From Candidatus Omnitrophota bacterium (lineage in GTDB: Bacteria; Omnitrophota; Gorgyraeia; VGKH01; JBHPFN01): a DNA stretch of 64,000 nucleotides. Of the stretch, positions 16,753 through 26,415 are shown piece after piece. The stretch is from positions 14,030 to 78,029 of the forward strand of contig JBHPFN010000002.1 of the NCBI GenBank assembly GCA_042571725.1. The letters are read 5' to 3'. Numbering within the stretch: the first letter of the stretch is position 1; every line of letters starts with the position of its first letter. The notes beneath the pieces were generated by a model. It was not told the origin of the DNA, made no database searches, and saw only the letters and a program-made list of their open reading frames with translations. Made by a program: the position numbers and the translations under genes.

Positions 16753-17541
16753 ATGAAAAATAGATATGCAAAGGTTTTTATTGTGGTGGTGAGCTTTGCC
16801 GTCGGCATGCTTGGCTACGCCGCGAGCAGGCTTTATGCCTGGGATGAAGTTGATACAGATTCTGCTGAGTTGGTGATCGAGGTCGATATACCGCACTTAG
16901 GCGCAGGTAACGCCACTTCCGGGTCGACAAGGACCTTTGCCGGGGGTAGATTTTCAGTTGAGACCGTGGCGTATCTTAAAGGAGGAACAGCTACTGGCGG
17001 AGTAGCGCAAGACAGTTACTCTAGGGATCCGAACGACACTGTTTTTTATTATGGCAACAAGTGTGTAACGGTAGACGATGGGCAAAACTATATTCTCGTT
17101 GTCATATGTAAGGCCGAGTTTAATGGCGCAATACCTGAAATAACAACATACCCATGGAATCAAATTCATATCACTACCGAAGACGGCAGTAGTATATCAG
17201 GCCTTAAAGTGACCGATGATGTTGGCTCAGCCCGGTTTTACGCTCAGGCAACTAATGCAAACCGGAGTTGGAAAGAAAGATCTAATAAGCTTATGGTGTA
17301 TTTCTTCCCGGAGGGTTACAAGAAGAAAACAGCCGCTTCCCAACGCAGGTTTCGTGTTCAGCCCAAGCCCACCATAGAAAAAAGCGTACCGTCAAGCGCT
17401 GATAGTGAAAATAAAGGATTGACCACGATAACATATTCCAAGGGCGGTTTGCAGTATGAAGAGATCTTTAAAAAAGGAAAGCTGATCAAAAAGACCGCGC
17501 GAGATAAAGATGGCAATCTTGTATCTGATGAAGAATATTAA
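16753..17541 (+). CDS. Exported hypothetical protein with a C-terminal MORN-variant (YwqK-like) repeat
   Basis: Hydrophobic N-terminus. The C-terminal TITYSKGGLQYEEIFKKGKLIKKTARDKDGNLVSDEEY resembles MORN-variant repeats. Confidence 0.6.
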   Translation: MKNRYAKVFIVVVSFAVGMLGYAASRLYAWDEVDTDSAELVIEVDIPHLGAGNATSGSTRTFAGGRFSVETVAYLKGGTATGGVAQDSYSRDPNDTVFYYGNKCVTVDDGQNYILVVICKAEFNGAIPEITTYPWNQIHITTEDGSSISGLKVTDDVGSARFYAQATNANRSWKERSNKLMVYFFPEGYKKKTAASQRRFRVQPKPTIEKSVPSSADSENKGLTTITYSKGGLQYEEIFKKGKLIKKTARDKDGNLVSDEEY

Positions 17542-17561
17542 AAAGAAGGCTGGCGCGTAAG

Positions 17562-18176
17562 ATGAAGATACTTGCGATTAGCGGAAGCTACAGAAGAGGT
17601 AAGACAATTGACACCTTGATTGATAAAGCAATTGAAGGCATTAAGCAAGCAGACTCTTCAGCCAAGGTAGAAAAGATTCATCTCGTAGACAAAAATATTA
17701 AATACTGCACAAATTGCATGACCTGCCGCAACGATGATCCTGAAAAGCCCGTAGCACGGTGTGTTATTAACGATGATATGCAGGAGATGTATAAAAAAAT
17801 AAACGAAGCAGACGGATATATCTTTGGCACGCCGGTCAATTGCGGCACCGTAACAGCAGTATTGAAAACTTTTATTGAGCGCTCTACTTGGATATTTTCA
17901 AAACCCGGCACTAAGCCATTCAAAGGGTGTCCTACCCCACGCACGAAAAAGAAAAAAGCCGCACTGTTTATTATCAGCTCAGGGATTATCCCTCCGATCT
18001 TACGGAGGTTCTGCGATGACGCGAGCAAGCTTCTTAAGGATTATATCCAATGTTGTTTTGATACCAAGATCGTTGGAAATATGTATGCAGGCGCAGTTGA
18101 AAGACGGGGCGTTTCCTATTATTTTGAACAATCGAAGAAAAATGGAGAAAAGTTAACTCGCACGCTTATTACATAA
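17562..18176 (+). CDS. Flavodoxin-like fold NAD(P)H-dependent FMN reductase family protein (possible Fe-S flavoprotein)
   Basis: MKILAISGSYRRGKT...DGYIFGTPVNCGTVTAVLKTFIER pattern of the FMN_red family, plus a Cys cluster CTNCMTC...C. Confidence 0.75.
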   Translation: MKILAISGSYRRGKTIDTLIDKAIEGIKQADSSAKVEKIHLVDKNIKYCTNCMTCRNDDPEKPVARCVINDDMQEMYKKINEADGYIFGTPVNCGTVTAVLKTFIERSTWIFSKPGTKPFKGCPTPRTKKKKAALFIISSGIIPPILRRFCDDASKLLKDYIQCCFDTKIVGNMYAGAVERRGVSYYFEQSKKNGEKLTRTLIT

Positions 18177-18391
18177 GTTCTATAATCCCCCCCGAAGGCA
18201 GCGAGCATTGCGGAATTTCAGGGACACGCACTTTTTTAGTATTTGTACCCTTCGGGCTGCACTGCGGGTGCTGCACCCATATCTTTACGAACGAATGAGT
18301 GCTGCCCGCGTACCAACTATGCCAATAAACGCTAAAGACAAAAGTAAGCTTTTCAATCATTGAGGATTGTGCAAAAAAAGGAGCAAAATAG

Positions 18392-18823
18392 GTGTTACAC
18401 CAACTTTTATATGTCAGCGTTGAAACGCATCATTTAACCGAGGCAGATCTTGAAGAGTTATTGCAACAGAGCAGAGAGAAGAATGCCCGCTTAGGGATCA
18501 CGGGTATTTTGCTGTATTACAAAAATCATTTTTTTCAAGTGTTAGAAGGCGAGAAAGAAAAGGTATTTGAGCTTTTTTATTCTATCAAGGCCGACCAGCG
18601 GCACGCCAGCGTTATCATGGTCTGGGATCAGGAAATCTCCAAGCGCAGCTTTAACGATTGGACGATGGCATTCTTAAATCTTAACAAAATAGATACGTCC
18701 CAGCTTGCAGGCTTTTCTGAATTTCTGGAAAAAAGTTTTACCACCGAGATATCAGAAACGCACCTTACGGTTGCGCTGCAGCTTTTGGTGAAATTCAAAG
18801 ATTCTTTAACGGGGGATAAGTGA
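18392..18823 (+). CDS. BLUF-domain (blue-light FAD sensor) protein, stand-alone
   Basis: GTG start after AAAGGAG. BLUF hallmarks: LLYVS....L.E.DLEELL.QSREKN...GITGILLY....FFQVLEGEKE.V.ELF..I..D.RH. Confidence 0.8.
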   Translation: MLHQLLYVSVETHHLTEADLEELLQQSREKNARLGITGILLYYKNHFFQVLEGEKEKVFELFYSIKADQRHASVIMVWDQEISKRSFNDWTMAFLNLNKIDTSQLAGFSEFLEKSFTTEISETHLTVALQLLVKFKDSLTGDK

Positions 18824-18866
18824 AGGAGAAATTCTTTTAGGACAATGGGCACTAAGGAGTAATGAG

Positions 18867-19868
18867 ATGAAGAAACTATTTTTATTAATTCTCTTTATGG
18901 CAATGCTTTGCAATGTTGTCGTAGCTCAAGAAGAAGAAAGGAAATCACCCGCCTCCGGAAAAGAGGTCGCAGAATCTCTTGCGGAAATGCACAAAAAATT
19001 TATGCCCACCGAAGAAGAATTCCGAGAACTGCAGAAGGAAACCGATTGCCCGGATTGCGTTCCTTTTGATATCACAAAAATGGGTGGCGATGATGTTGAT
19101 ACATGGGATTATTCCCAGCTTACGATTGAGCACGCTTTTATGGCTGATAACGGCGATTATTATGTAACGTTTAAGTTTGTTCGGGATATGCCTTTAAGAT
19201 TAAAGAATATTTACGGATTCTGGATCAGTGAAAGAGTCATCTATCCGATTCAAGCTCGGGGAGGATCAATAGCAAGCAATAAGATTCGTGCAACTCTCAG
19301 TGATGCAGAAAGAAAGGAACACATCGGAGACCTCGCGTTGAATCAAGGGATATTAACAATTACATGTGCAGGACAAGCGCAAAATCTAGAGAAGGTATCG
19401 GCGCTGGGAAAAGAAGAGTTAATCCAAAAGATTATAAGTAAAGAGATCAGGCCTATTAATCTATCTAACGTAAGGATGCCGCAAGGTCTTTTTAAGATCT
19501 GGGGAACGGATGCCTATATTTATTATGATACTACGAGGTTTCGCCAGGGATATCAAAATCGGTTTTTTATGGGAGCAGGACATGCCTTAAACGAATACGA
19601 AATTGAGAATTTTTATTATTTCAAGGACGGAGGCACTACTATAATCGAAGTAAAAGATAAGGGTACATTATATATTCCACAGAGGATGTTTCCCGGAGAA
19701 ACCAAAAAACCATATTGGCAGCCGGTGGGTTCAGATGAAAAACAAGATATTGAAGAGCTAAAGCTTGAAAATAGCGTGTTGGAAGGCGTGGGTATTGATG
19801 TTGGAGAATTTGAAATTCCAAGATTAAAAAATCCTTGCGATGTTTTCACAAACCGAATCGGATCATAA
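18867..19868 (+). CDS. Exported hypothetical protein
   Basis: AAGGAG RBS, signal peptide MKKLFLLILFMAMLCNVVVA|QE, 333-aa intact ORF. Confidence 0.7.
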   Translation: MKKLFLLILFMAMLCNVVVAQEEERKSPASGKEVAESLAEMHKKFMPTEEEFRELQKETDCPDCVPFDITKMGGDDVDTWDYSQLTIEHAFMADNGDYYVTFKFVRDMPLRLKNIYGFWISERVIYPIQARGGSIASNKIRATLSDAERKEHIGDLALNQGILTITCAGQAQNLEKVSALGKEELIQKIISKEIRPINLSNVRMPQGLFKIWGTDAYIYYDTTRFRQGYQNRFFMGAGHALNEYEIENFYYFKDGGTTIIEVKDKGTLYIPQRMFPGETKKPYWQPVGSDEKQDIEELKLENSVLEGVGIDVGEFEIPRLKNPCDVFTNRIGS

Positions 19869-19908
19869 ACCATAAACGCTTTACGCAAGATTCAAAACTG
19901 GAGGAAAG

Positions 19909-20304
19909 ATGAGAAGGTTATTTATTATTCTGCTGTGTTTAGGTCTTGTGGCAATGTTTTCTGCGCAGGAGGCTTGTGCTCAGGAAGCGGAGAAGACGAT
20001 TGTCCGCAGGGTAATCGGCATTGTGCAAGGTACGAGCATTACATCGGGCTTTGGAAGTAGCTGCCCGAGAGAGTATGTTGTACAAAATAGATTAGGTGAA
20101 TTGGGCACATTCGAAAATCGAGTGGTCTCTGTGCGCGGAAAAATAACAGGAGATTTATCGTGCGCTACCCCTAAGAAAATCACCCTAGAATCAGATACGC
20201 GCATTGACCGTATAGGAGAGCAACGATTGATCGATTCCCTGCAGCGCTCAGGAAAGCATCCTTCGGTGCTACAAGCATTACTTCGACTTCATGGCAGTGA
20301 CTAA
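19909..20304 (+). CDS. Small exported hypothetical protein
   Basis: GGAGG RBS, signal peptide MRRLFIILLCLGLVAMFSAQEACA|QE. Confidence 0.65.
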   Translation: MRRLFIILLCLGLVAMFSAQEACAQEAEKTIVRRVIGIVQGTSITSGFGSSCPREYVVQNRLGELGTFENRVVSVRGKITGDLSCATPKKITLESDTRIDRIGEQRLIDSLQRSGKHPSVLQALLRLHGSD

Positions 20305-20480
20305 GAGGAATTCCGGCCCGCAGATTTTTATAATAGGGCGGACTGGAATTTCGCTCGGGGCAATCGAACACCCAGCGTGCAAATTAGAGAGTGCTGCGCA
20401 CTAGAGGCTTACGCCGGTGCGCTAGGTCGAAATTCCGGGGACACGCACCCCAAGAGATTAAAAACGCAAAAGGAGATATA

Positions 20481-21068
20481 ATGAAGAAGGTATTATTTAT
20501 TTTTTTGAGCGTGGCAATAGTTGGGTGTATTGTGTTGTGTTCGATGTCCGAGCTTGCAGCACAATATTCCGCTGAAGATTACAAAAAGAGGATCGAGTAT
20601 TTAAGTAAACATCCTGAGAAGGCCAGAAAGTATACCCCAGAGTCTTTAGATGCAAGTGTGGAGCCACCCGACGAACCTTCGGATGAAAGAGCGCAACCAC
20701 CAGAAGAGCCCTTAGATGAAAGCATAGAACCATCAGAAATTTCTGGTGTCCCTTGCGCAGAACGGGCAGATCATTTAGAAAAGTGTGAGCCTTATATGTG
20801 CCAGAAAGAAGATGATATGTCTCCTGGGAATATGATTACCCAAACCATTGAAGGTTTTGCCGGAGAGATGTGCGTATATAGGTTGGTAAGTACGAGTGGT
20901 CGTGAGATGGTATGCAAATTGTCTGATGATCAAAGGGCTAAGTTTGCAAAATCTATGGGAGGCAAAGAAGTTTCTGCGTATTCAGATCTGTTCGGAGCTT
21001 TTACGGAGGCACTTGAAACAGGAGAATGCGTTATTTATGAAAACGGCGAAGTCGTTCCTATTGAGTGA
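20481..21068 (+). CDS. Exported Cys-containing hypothetical protein, paralog of 21864-22433
   Basis: I prefer the ATG at 20481 after AAAGGAG. Shares (S)xEDYKKRIEYLSKHPE.A.KY.PES and a conserved Cys pattern with the downstream paralog. Confidence 0.7.
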   Translation: MKKVLFIFLSVAIVGCIVLCSMSELAAQYSAEDYKKRIEYLSKHPEKARKYTPESLDASVEPPDEPSDERAQPPEEPLDESIEPSEISGVPCAERADHLEKCEPYMCQKEDDMSPGNMITQTIEGFAGEMCVYRLVSTSGREMVCKLSDDQRAKFAKSMGGKEVSAYSDLFGAFTEALETGECVIYENGEVVPIE

Positions 21069-21086
21069 AGAAAATAAGGGGGAATT

Positions 21087-21428
21087 ATGAAAAAGATGTT
21101 TTTTGTTTTGGCTGCGTTATTGCTGGTCAGTCCGTTAGCATTTGCGCATCCGCCATCGAAGATAGAGGTTGCTTTTGATAGCACTTCCAAGATGCTGACG
21201 GCGACTATATTTCATCCGGTGCAAGATGCCCAAGGCCATTATATCATGAAGGTCGATATAGGGTTTAACGGCGAAGAGATCATCGAGCACCATATCAGCG
21301 TGCAGGATAATGATACAACCCAGACCGTGGGGTATCGTATCCCTGAGGCTAAGGCCGCAGACGTCTTATCCGTTGAGGCCTATTGCAATATATACGGAAC
21401 CAAAACCGAGAAAGTGACCGTGGAGTAA
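21087..21428 (+). CDS. Exported superoxide-reductase-like (desulfoferrodoxin Fe-domain-like) small protein
   Basis: Signal peptide ...SPLAFA|HPP. The mature sequence aligns by eye to 1Fe-SOR landmarks as I recall them: H-P-x-I(E), FHPV, GHYI..V, and C-terminal YCNIYG....VTVE versus YCNIHGLWENEVTLE. The last His ligand is replaced by Tyr. Confidence 0.45.
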   Translation: MKKMFFVLAALLLVSPLAFAHPPSKIEVAFDSTSKMLTATIFHPVQDAQGHYIMKVDIGFNGEEIIEHHISVQDNDTTQTVGYRIPEAKAADVLSVEAYCNIYGTKTEKVTVE

Positions 21429-21429
21429 G

Positions 21430-21807
21430 ATGAGACAAAAAATTGCATTTGTGTTGTTAAGGACAGGCTTAGGCGCAGTTTTTCTGGTGTTTGGTATAGG
21501 CAAGTTTCAACATGACTACTGGGCGCGCACCATCGAGTCGATGGATTTCTTCCAGCAGCTTCCCTGGGGCGTTGAGTATTCGGTTCTGGCTGTCGGGGTC
21601 TTGGAAGTGTTAACAGGAACGTGTTTGATCCTCGGGTTATTCACGCGTATCATAGCGCTCATCGCCGCAGCGCAGCTTTTTATGATTCTTTATTTGCTGC
21701 AGTTTCAAGAGATACGCGACATCGGGCTGTTGGCTGCAGCGCTATATGTGGCAGCCTCAGCTGATACTTCGCTGGGTTTAGATAGGTTCCTTAATAAAAG
21801 ATCATAG
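21430..21807 (+). CDS. DoxX family membrane protein
   Basis: Starts 2 nt after the upstream stop. Four-TM pattern with LLRTGLGAVFLVFGIGKF and VLEVLTGTCLILGLFTR, typical of DoxX. Confidence 0.75.
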   Translation: MRQKIAFVLLRTGLGAVFLVFGIGKFQHDYWARTIESMDFFQQLPWGVEYSVLAVGVLEVLTGTCLILGLFTRIIALIAAAQLFMILYLLQFQEIRDIGLLAAALYVAASADTSLGLDRFLNKRS

Positions 21808-21863
21808 GCGCTGTGTGCAACGACGCGGGAGATAATTAGAAAGGACTCAAAACAGGAGAAGAG

Positions 21864-22433
21864 ATGAGGAAATTGTCCGTTGTTTTATTGTCTCTGGCAT
21901 GGGTTGGGTGTATTGTGCTCTGTGTCATTTCAGACCTCGCGGCACAATCTTCCGTCGAGGATTATAAAAAGAGGATCGAGTATTTAAGCAAACATCCTGA
22001 AAGAGCCAAAAAGTATATCCCAGAGTCTTCGGTTGAAAGCGTGGAGTCACCAGACAAACCTCTGGAAGAAAGCACGCAGCCGCCGGCAATTACCGATGAT
22101 CCTTGCGCAGAATTGCCAGATTATTTGGAACAGTGCAAGCCTTACACGTGCCAGAAGAAAAATTCTAATACTTCCTTAGGGGAGATGATCACATTTACAG
22201 TTGAAGGGTTTACCGAACAGGCGTGTGGGTATAGAATGGCGGGTTCGACGGGCTTTGAAATAGCATGTAGCTTGTCAGACGATACAAGGGCTAACATTGC
22301 AAAAGCGATACGAAACCAAAGCCTTGCGGGGTTATACGATCATATCGGAATTTTAATGAGTGCATCTGAGGCAGGAGAGTGTGTTCACTATGAAGACGGA
22401 AAAGTAGTTCCTTATGAGCAAGGAGAATTATGA
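21864..22433 (+). CDS. Exported Cys-containing hypothetical protein, paralog of 20481-21068
   Basis: AGGAGAAGAG RBS region. A stretch of about 75 nt of close DNA similarity links 21958-22030 with 20573-20645. Confidence 0.7.
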   Translation: MRKLSVVLLSLAWVGCIVLCVISDLAAQSSVEDYKKRIEYLSKHPERAKKYIPESSVESVESPDKPLEESTQPPAITDDPCAELPDYLEQCKPYTCQKKNSNTSLGEMITFTVEGFTEQACGYRMAGSTGFEIACSLSDDTRANIAKAIRNQSLAGLYDHIGILMSASEAGECVHYEDGKVVPYEQGEL

Positions 22434-22990
22434 AAAATAAAAGTGCTTTAGTTGTTATGTGTTTAGTATGCGTATTATTTTTCAGTTTACACGCTTACGC
22501 CGTGGATTGGGGTTCTTTGTTTGGTGGGCATAAATCGAGCAACGCCAATGAGCCTGCGGGCACGCAGGCAAAGCCGTCGCAAGTCTCGGTTAAGGCAGAC
22601 GGAGGCGGTGAGGGTTCGGGCACTATGTCGAGCGAACCTGACATTTCTCCCTCTTTGCCCGGCAGTTTAGGTGAAGGGTCTGATTCAGGTGGAACCTACA
22701 TTGGCACGTGGCTTCGGCAGGCATTATATATAAGCGGAAAACTTGAGCACCGCACCCCGGCGACATTGATCTATACAAAAGATGCATTTTCTGCTTTTGG
22801 GACCTGCTCTACCGCCGGTACCATTTCAGTATCAGATAATACAATTAAAACCGTGATGACACAATCCGACTGTCCCGGAGGGGTAAAGGCCCCGATGACG
22901 ATAACCTATAATTATCAGATAACCGATGAGGGCAAAAAGCTTATTTTGACAGTCGGCCCGGTAAAGGAAGTCTATATCCGGAAAGAATAA
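22430..22990 (+). CDS. Exported hypothetical protein with a low-complexity Gly/Ser linker
   Basis: ATGA overlap, signal peptide ...FFSLHAYA|VD. Confidence 0.65.
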   Translation: MKNKSALVVMCLVCVLFFSLHAYAVDWGSLFGGHKSSNANEPAGTQAKPSQVSVKADGGGEGSGTMSSEPDISPSLPGSLGEGSDSGGTYIGTWLRQALYISGKLEHRTPATLIYTKDAFSAFGTCSTAGTISVSDNTIKTVMTQSDCPGGVKAPMTITYNYQITDEGKKLILTVGPVKEVYIRKE

Positions 22991-23030
22991 ATAATTAGCT
23001 TGCGCTAGGAGAACAAAAGGAGGTTATTCT

Positions 23031-23783
23031 GTGAAAAAGATTATTTCTGCTACTTTTTTATTTTTCGCTTTAAGTATTGCTTCCATGGCTTTAGCTGCGG
23101 AGCTTGAAGTAGTAATTTATCCTTCTAATCAAACTGCAAGTTTTGATGCTGAAAAAAAAGTGAGAGAATATGTATTTAATGAAACCTGTTATACGGCATT
23201 TTTTGTCAAAGGATTCTCGAGAAATCCGGACGGCTCGATCGATCTAACTTCTCATGTTAAATGCATTGACCCCAAAGGGAATATTTTGTTTGATGAAAAA
23301 GACTATGCGAAAGCAAAATCAGCCCCTGCTGATGTCGAATTTATTAATTTGGATACGTCTTTCGATGTGACTATCGAAGACGGTGACCCTGTAGGAATGT
23401 ATGTTATCGAAGTAGAAGTAGTCGATACTATTTCAAAAGAAAATAAAATAGCTCAAACAACAGTATTCTATTTTGATACAAATGAATCTAAGAATTTGAT
23501 TATGAAACCGGTTAAAACCGCTGAAGACCTTGATAACTTATGGGCGGAATATTTCCGTTCGAAAAATCCTTGGGCGGTAAAGCGGATCATCTCTGCGCTG
23601 CGTCTTCGTAAAGAATCTCCCAAGCTCGAAGATGCGGTGGTTGGTGCCGCAGCGAAATGGTCGCTTGAATCAAACGCTAAACAACACCCCGATATCTTAG
23701 AGATTTGTAAGCAATCGCTTAAGAATACAAAAGGCGCAATAAACGAATTACTTCAAGAAATTATTGCAAATGCAGAGAAATGA
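23031..23783 (+). CDS. Exported hypothetical protein
   Basis: GTG start after AAAGGAGG, signal peptide ...SIASMALA|AE. Confidence 0.65.
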   Translation: MKKIISATFLFFALSIASMALAAELEVVIYPSNQTASFDAEKKVREYVFNETCYTAFFVKGFSRNPDGSIDLTSHVKCIDPKGNILFDEKDYAKAKSAPADVEFINLDTSFDVTIEDGDPVGMYVIEVEVVDTISKENKIAQTTVFYFDTNESKNLIMKPVKTAEDLDNLWAEYFRSKNPWAVKRIISALRLRKESPKLEDAVVGAAAKWSLESNAKQHPDILEICKQSLKNTKGAINELLQEIIANAEK

Positions 23784-24583
23784 AAATATTCATAAGCGAT
23801 CTACACTTAGGTGACGGTTCACGGACGGATGATTTTCACCGTGATAGGCAGCTTCTGGAATTTCTTGAATTTGTCGAGAGCCAGGCAAAGGAATTAATCA
23901 TCTTAGGGGATTTTCTTGAATTGTGGCAGGCCGACCTGGACAGGGTGGTGTTTAGGCACAGCGAGGTTATCAATAAACTTTTATCTTTAAGAAAAAAAAT
24001 AAAATTCACCTATGTCATCGGAAACCACGATTATATACCTTTTGTGAAATTTGTAGGAGCGGATAGCGACATAACCTTGGAATACCGCGATGACGAGCAG
24101 CAAATCGTTGCGGAGCACGGCCACCGATACGATATATTTAATCGCTACAAAAATCCACTGCGTTCAATTAAATGGCCGCCGGGAAAACATCTGACTTTGC
24201 TTGTCACCGGCCTAGAAAGATTTATTCATCCGGATGCCGATAAATGGACAAAGAACACATTGGTTAACCTTGACGAATTTTTACAAAAGGCAATAACCGT
24301 ACGAAATAAGATTACCCCCTCCAGCAAAGACTACGTAAAGTGCGGGGGTCATTTCGGAGAGTTTCAGGAAGCGGTGAAGAACCATATCAGAGAAGGGGCA
24401 AAGGTAGTTGTCTTCGGCCATACGCATAAGCCCCAGCTAGACAATGTAGAACAGGGAATTTATGCTAACTGCGGAACATGGGTAGATGCCGATACGCCTA
24501 CGTACATTGTCTGCTACAAAGATAAAGTAGAGCTCAGAGAAGCGCTGAGTCAAAAATTGATTAAAGATTTAGCGATAAAATAA
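23780..24583 (+). CDS. Calcineurin-like metallophosphoesterase (LpxH-like)
   Basis: ATGA overlap. Motifs: ISDLHLGDG, LGDFLELW, GNHD, HGH, FGHTH. Confidence 0.8.
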   Translation: MKIFISDLHLGDGSRTDDFHRDRQLLEFLEFVESQAKELIILGDFLELWQADLDRVVFRHSEVINKLLSLRKKIKFTYVIGNHDYIPFVKFVGADSDITLEYRDDEQQIVAEHGHRYDIFNRYKNPLRSIKWPPGKHLTLLVTGLERFIHPDADKWTKNTLVNLDEFLQKAITVRNKITPSSKDYVKCGGHFGEFQEAVKNHIREGAKVVVFGHTHKPQLDNVEQGIYANCGTWVDADTPTYIVCYKDKVELREALSQKLIKDLAIK

Positions 24584-24651
24584 GAGAAGTAGGGGCGCAT
24601 ACTTCTTGCGTAGAAAAATAGAATTCAGCTAAACTTGTTGCGTAGAAACTT

Positions 24652-25128
24652 ATGTGTACGACTAGACACTTTTTAAAAGTAATCCTCGTTTTGTTGTTTA
24701 CGTGCGTATTTTGCTCGGCTGTAAGTGCGCAGGTGGATGATTATAGTTATCAAGAGCAGTATGTGCTGCGTCTTCGCGAGAAGCCGGTAATGCTTGCCGC
24801 GCGCGCAAAGGCGGTTGACGAAGATGAAAACGGCCTCTACGATTTTCTGCAGATAACGCTGGATTTGGAAATTGTCGAATTCGGCCATTATTTTTTTAAA
24901 TGGTCATTGCTGACCCTTGAGGGCCAAGAAGTAACGCACTATGGAGTGGGTAGGATGTTTAAGCCAGGGGTACACAAACAAGATATTTATATTGCCTCTG
25001 TTGCAATGAGTCAGAGCCTTTTAGACGGCCCGTATATCGTTAAGGTCGATCTGGTCAAAGATTACAAAGAGATTATCGACCGAACCACCTACCGGACCAG
25101 GCCGTATCTGGCAGGGGATTTTGAGTGA
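24652..25128 (+). CDS. Small exported hypothetical protein
   Basis: Signal-peptide-like N-terminus ...CVFCSAVSA|QV. No obvious SD. Confidence 0.55.
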   Translation: MCTTRHFLKVILVLLFTCVFCSAVSAQVDDYSYQEQYVLRLREKPVMLAARAKAVDEDENGLYDFLQITLDLEIVEFGHYFFKWSLLTLEGQEVTHYGVGRMFKPGVHKQDIYIASVAMSQSLLDGPYIVKVDLVKDYKEIIDRTTYRTRPYLAGDFE

Positions 25129-25286
25129 ATCGGATCACTAGGATGTAAACGACACCCAGCAATGTAAGCGAGGGGCCCCCTTCGGGGTCGTCTACATGTA
25201 CCGAGTTATGTCACGTACGTTCCATAACTCGAACATTCGACGGTGTTGCCCGCCAATGAAGTAATGGCGGGCTAAGGGGAGATAAG

Positions 25287-25547
25287 ATGAGAAAGCCGGT
25301 AAAAATTATTTATGAGATTAGCTGCTTTATTGTTTTCTTTTTCTTGTCAACGTTCTCCGCTTATTCAGTTGCTTCAAGAATCATATATAAGATGCAGCCC
25401 GACCGACCTGTTGAAGATATTCAAAGGTATATTGAAAGCGGTGGTCCTGGCATAGCAATATTTGGCGGCTTTTTTTTCATTTTATTTCTCATTTTATTGT
25501 ATGTCATTAAAAGCATTGTGGAAAAGCGGTTAAAAAAGGAGGCCTGA
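25287..25547 (+). CDS. 86-aa two-TM hypothetical protein
   Basis: Preceded by GCCCGCC-loop-GGCGGGC-TAAGGGGAG. Two hydrophobic helices. Confidence 0.6.
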   Translation: MRKPVKIIYEISCFIVFFFLSTFSAYSVASRIIYKMQPDRPVEDIQRYIESGGPGIAIFGGFFFILFLILLYVIKSIVEKRLKKEA

Positions 25548-25548
25548 A

Positions 25549-26379
25549 ATGACTAAATTATTCTTACTCGTTTTACTCTGCATTTCTCTAGCCACCCCTG
25601 TCTTTGCTCAACGAGACGCTACCACCTTCGCCACGCCAATAAAGAAGCACAATATCTACACCGACATCAAAGTCATCAAGGTTTTTGATTGCGCTACCTT
25701 AGAGCTCCAGAGCGGTGAAAAGGTGCGTCTTATCGGCGTTAAGTGTCCTGAAGCAAAAACAAAGGCATGTAATAAGGCCACAGAGTTTGTTAAGGATTTA
25801 TTGGGAGAAAAGGACAACAGCGTTCGTTTAGAGTATGATGTTGAAGAGAAAGATGAGCTCGGGAGATTACTAGCGTATGTGTATATTGATTTAGGATTGG
25901 TAGATGTGGAGGCAAGAGAGGGGATTTACTATACCTTTGATTACGGAACCTCTGTGTTTGTCAATGCCAGTATTATTCAGTCCGGTTTTGCTTCGCCGGT
26001 AACCAGCGGCCCTAATGTTCAACATGCGGAAGTGTTTCAGGAGCTGTTTCAGGAAGCGGTGCTATCAAAACAAGGCCAATGGCAAGAGCGCGAAGTAGGC
26101 AAAGAAGGTTGTCTCAGCCTTGGGGGCGCGTGGGGTATATTCGGCGAGCTGCAGGATAAACAATGCAACTTGCCCACAACCGACAAAGGTAAACCTTGCA
26201 AAAACTATAGCGATTGCCATGGTGCGTGCATTGCTGATTTGACCGATGAACAATGGAAGAGGGCAGAGCAAGGGGATGTATTGACCACAGACGGTAAATG
26301 CTCCGCATGGACGCTTAATTACAGCTGTCTTCCCTTTGTTGAAGGCGGAAAGGTTAAGGGTATCCTCTGTCAAGATTAA
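25549..26379 (+). CDS. Exported staphylococcal-nuclease (SNase/thermonuclease)-like protein with a C-terminal Cys-rich domain
   Basis: Signal peptide ...ATPVFA|QR. SNase-like landmarks: V.KV.DC.TLEL..GEKVRLIGV.CPE, LGRLLAYVY, ...IIQSGFA. The C-terminal ~100 aa contain 8 Cys. Confidence 0.65.
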   Translation: MTKLFLLVLLCISLATPVFAQRDATTFATPIKKHNIYTDIKVIKVFDCATLELQSGEKVRLIGVKCPEAKTKACNKATEFVKDLLGEKDNSVRLEYDVEEKDELGRLLAYVYIDLGLVDVEAREGIYYTFDYGTSVFVNASIIQSGFASPVTSGPNVQHAEVFQELFQEAVLSKQGQWQEREVGKEGCLSLGGAWGIFGELQDKQCNLPTTDKGKPCKNYSDCHGACIADLTDEQWKRAEQGDVLTTDGKCSAWTLNYSCLPFVEGGKVKGILCQD

Positions 26380-26415
26380 CAGGAGACAAAAAGAGAATAA
26401 AAGAGGGTTGCAGAG

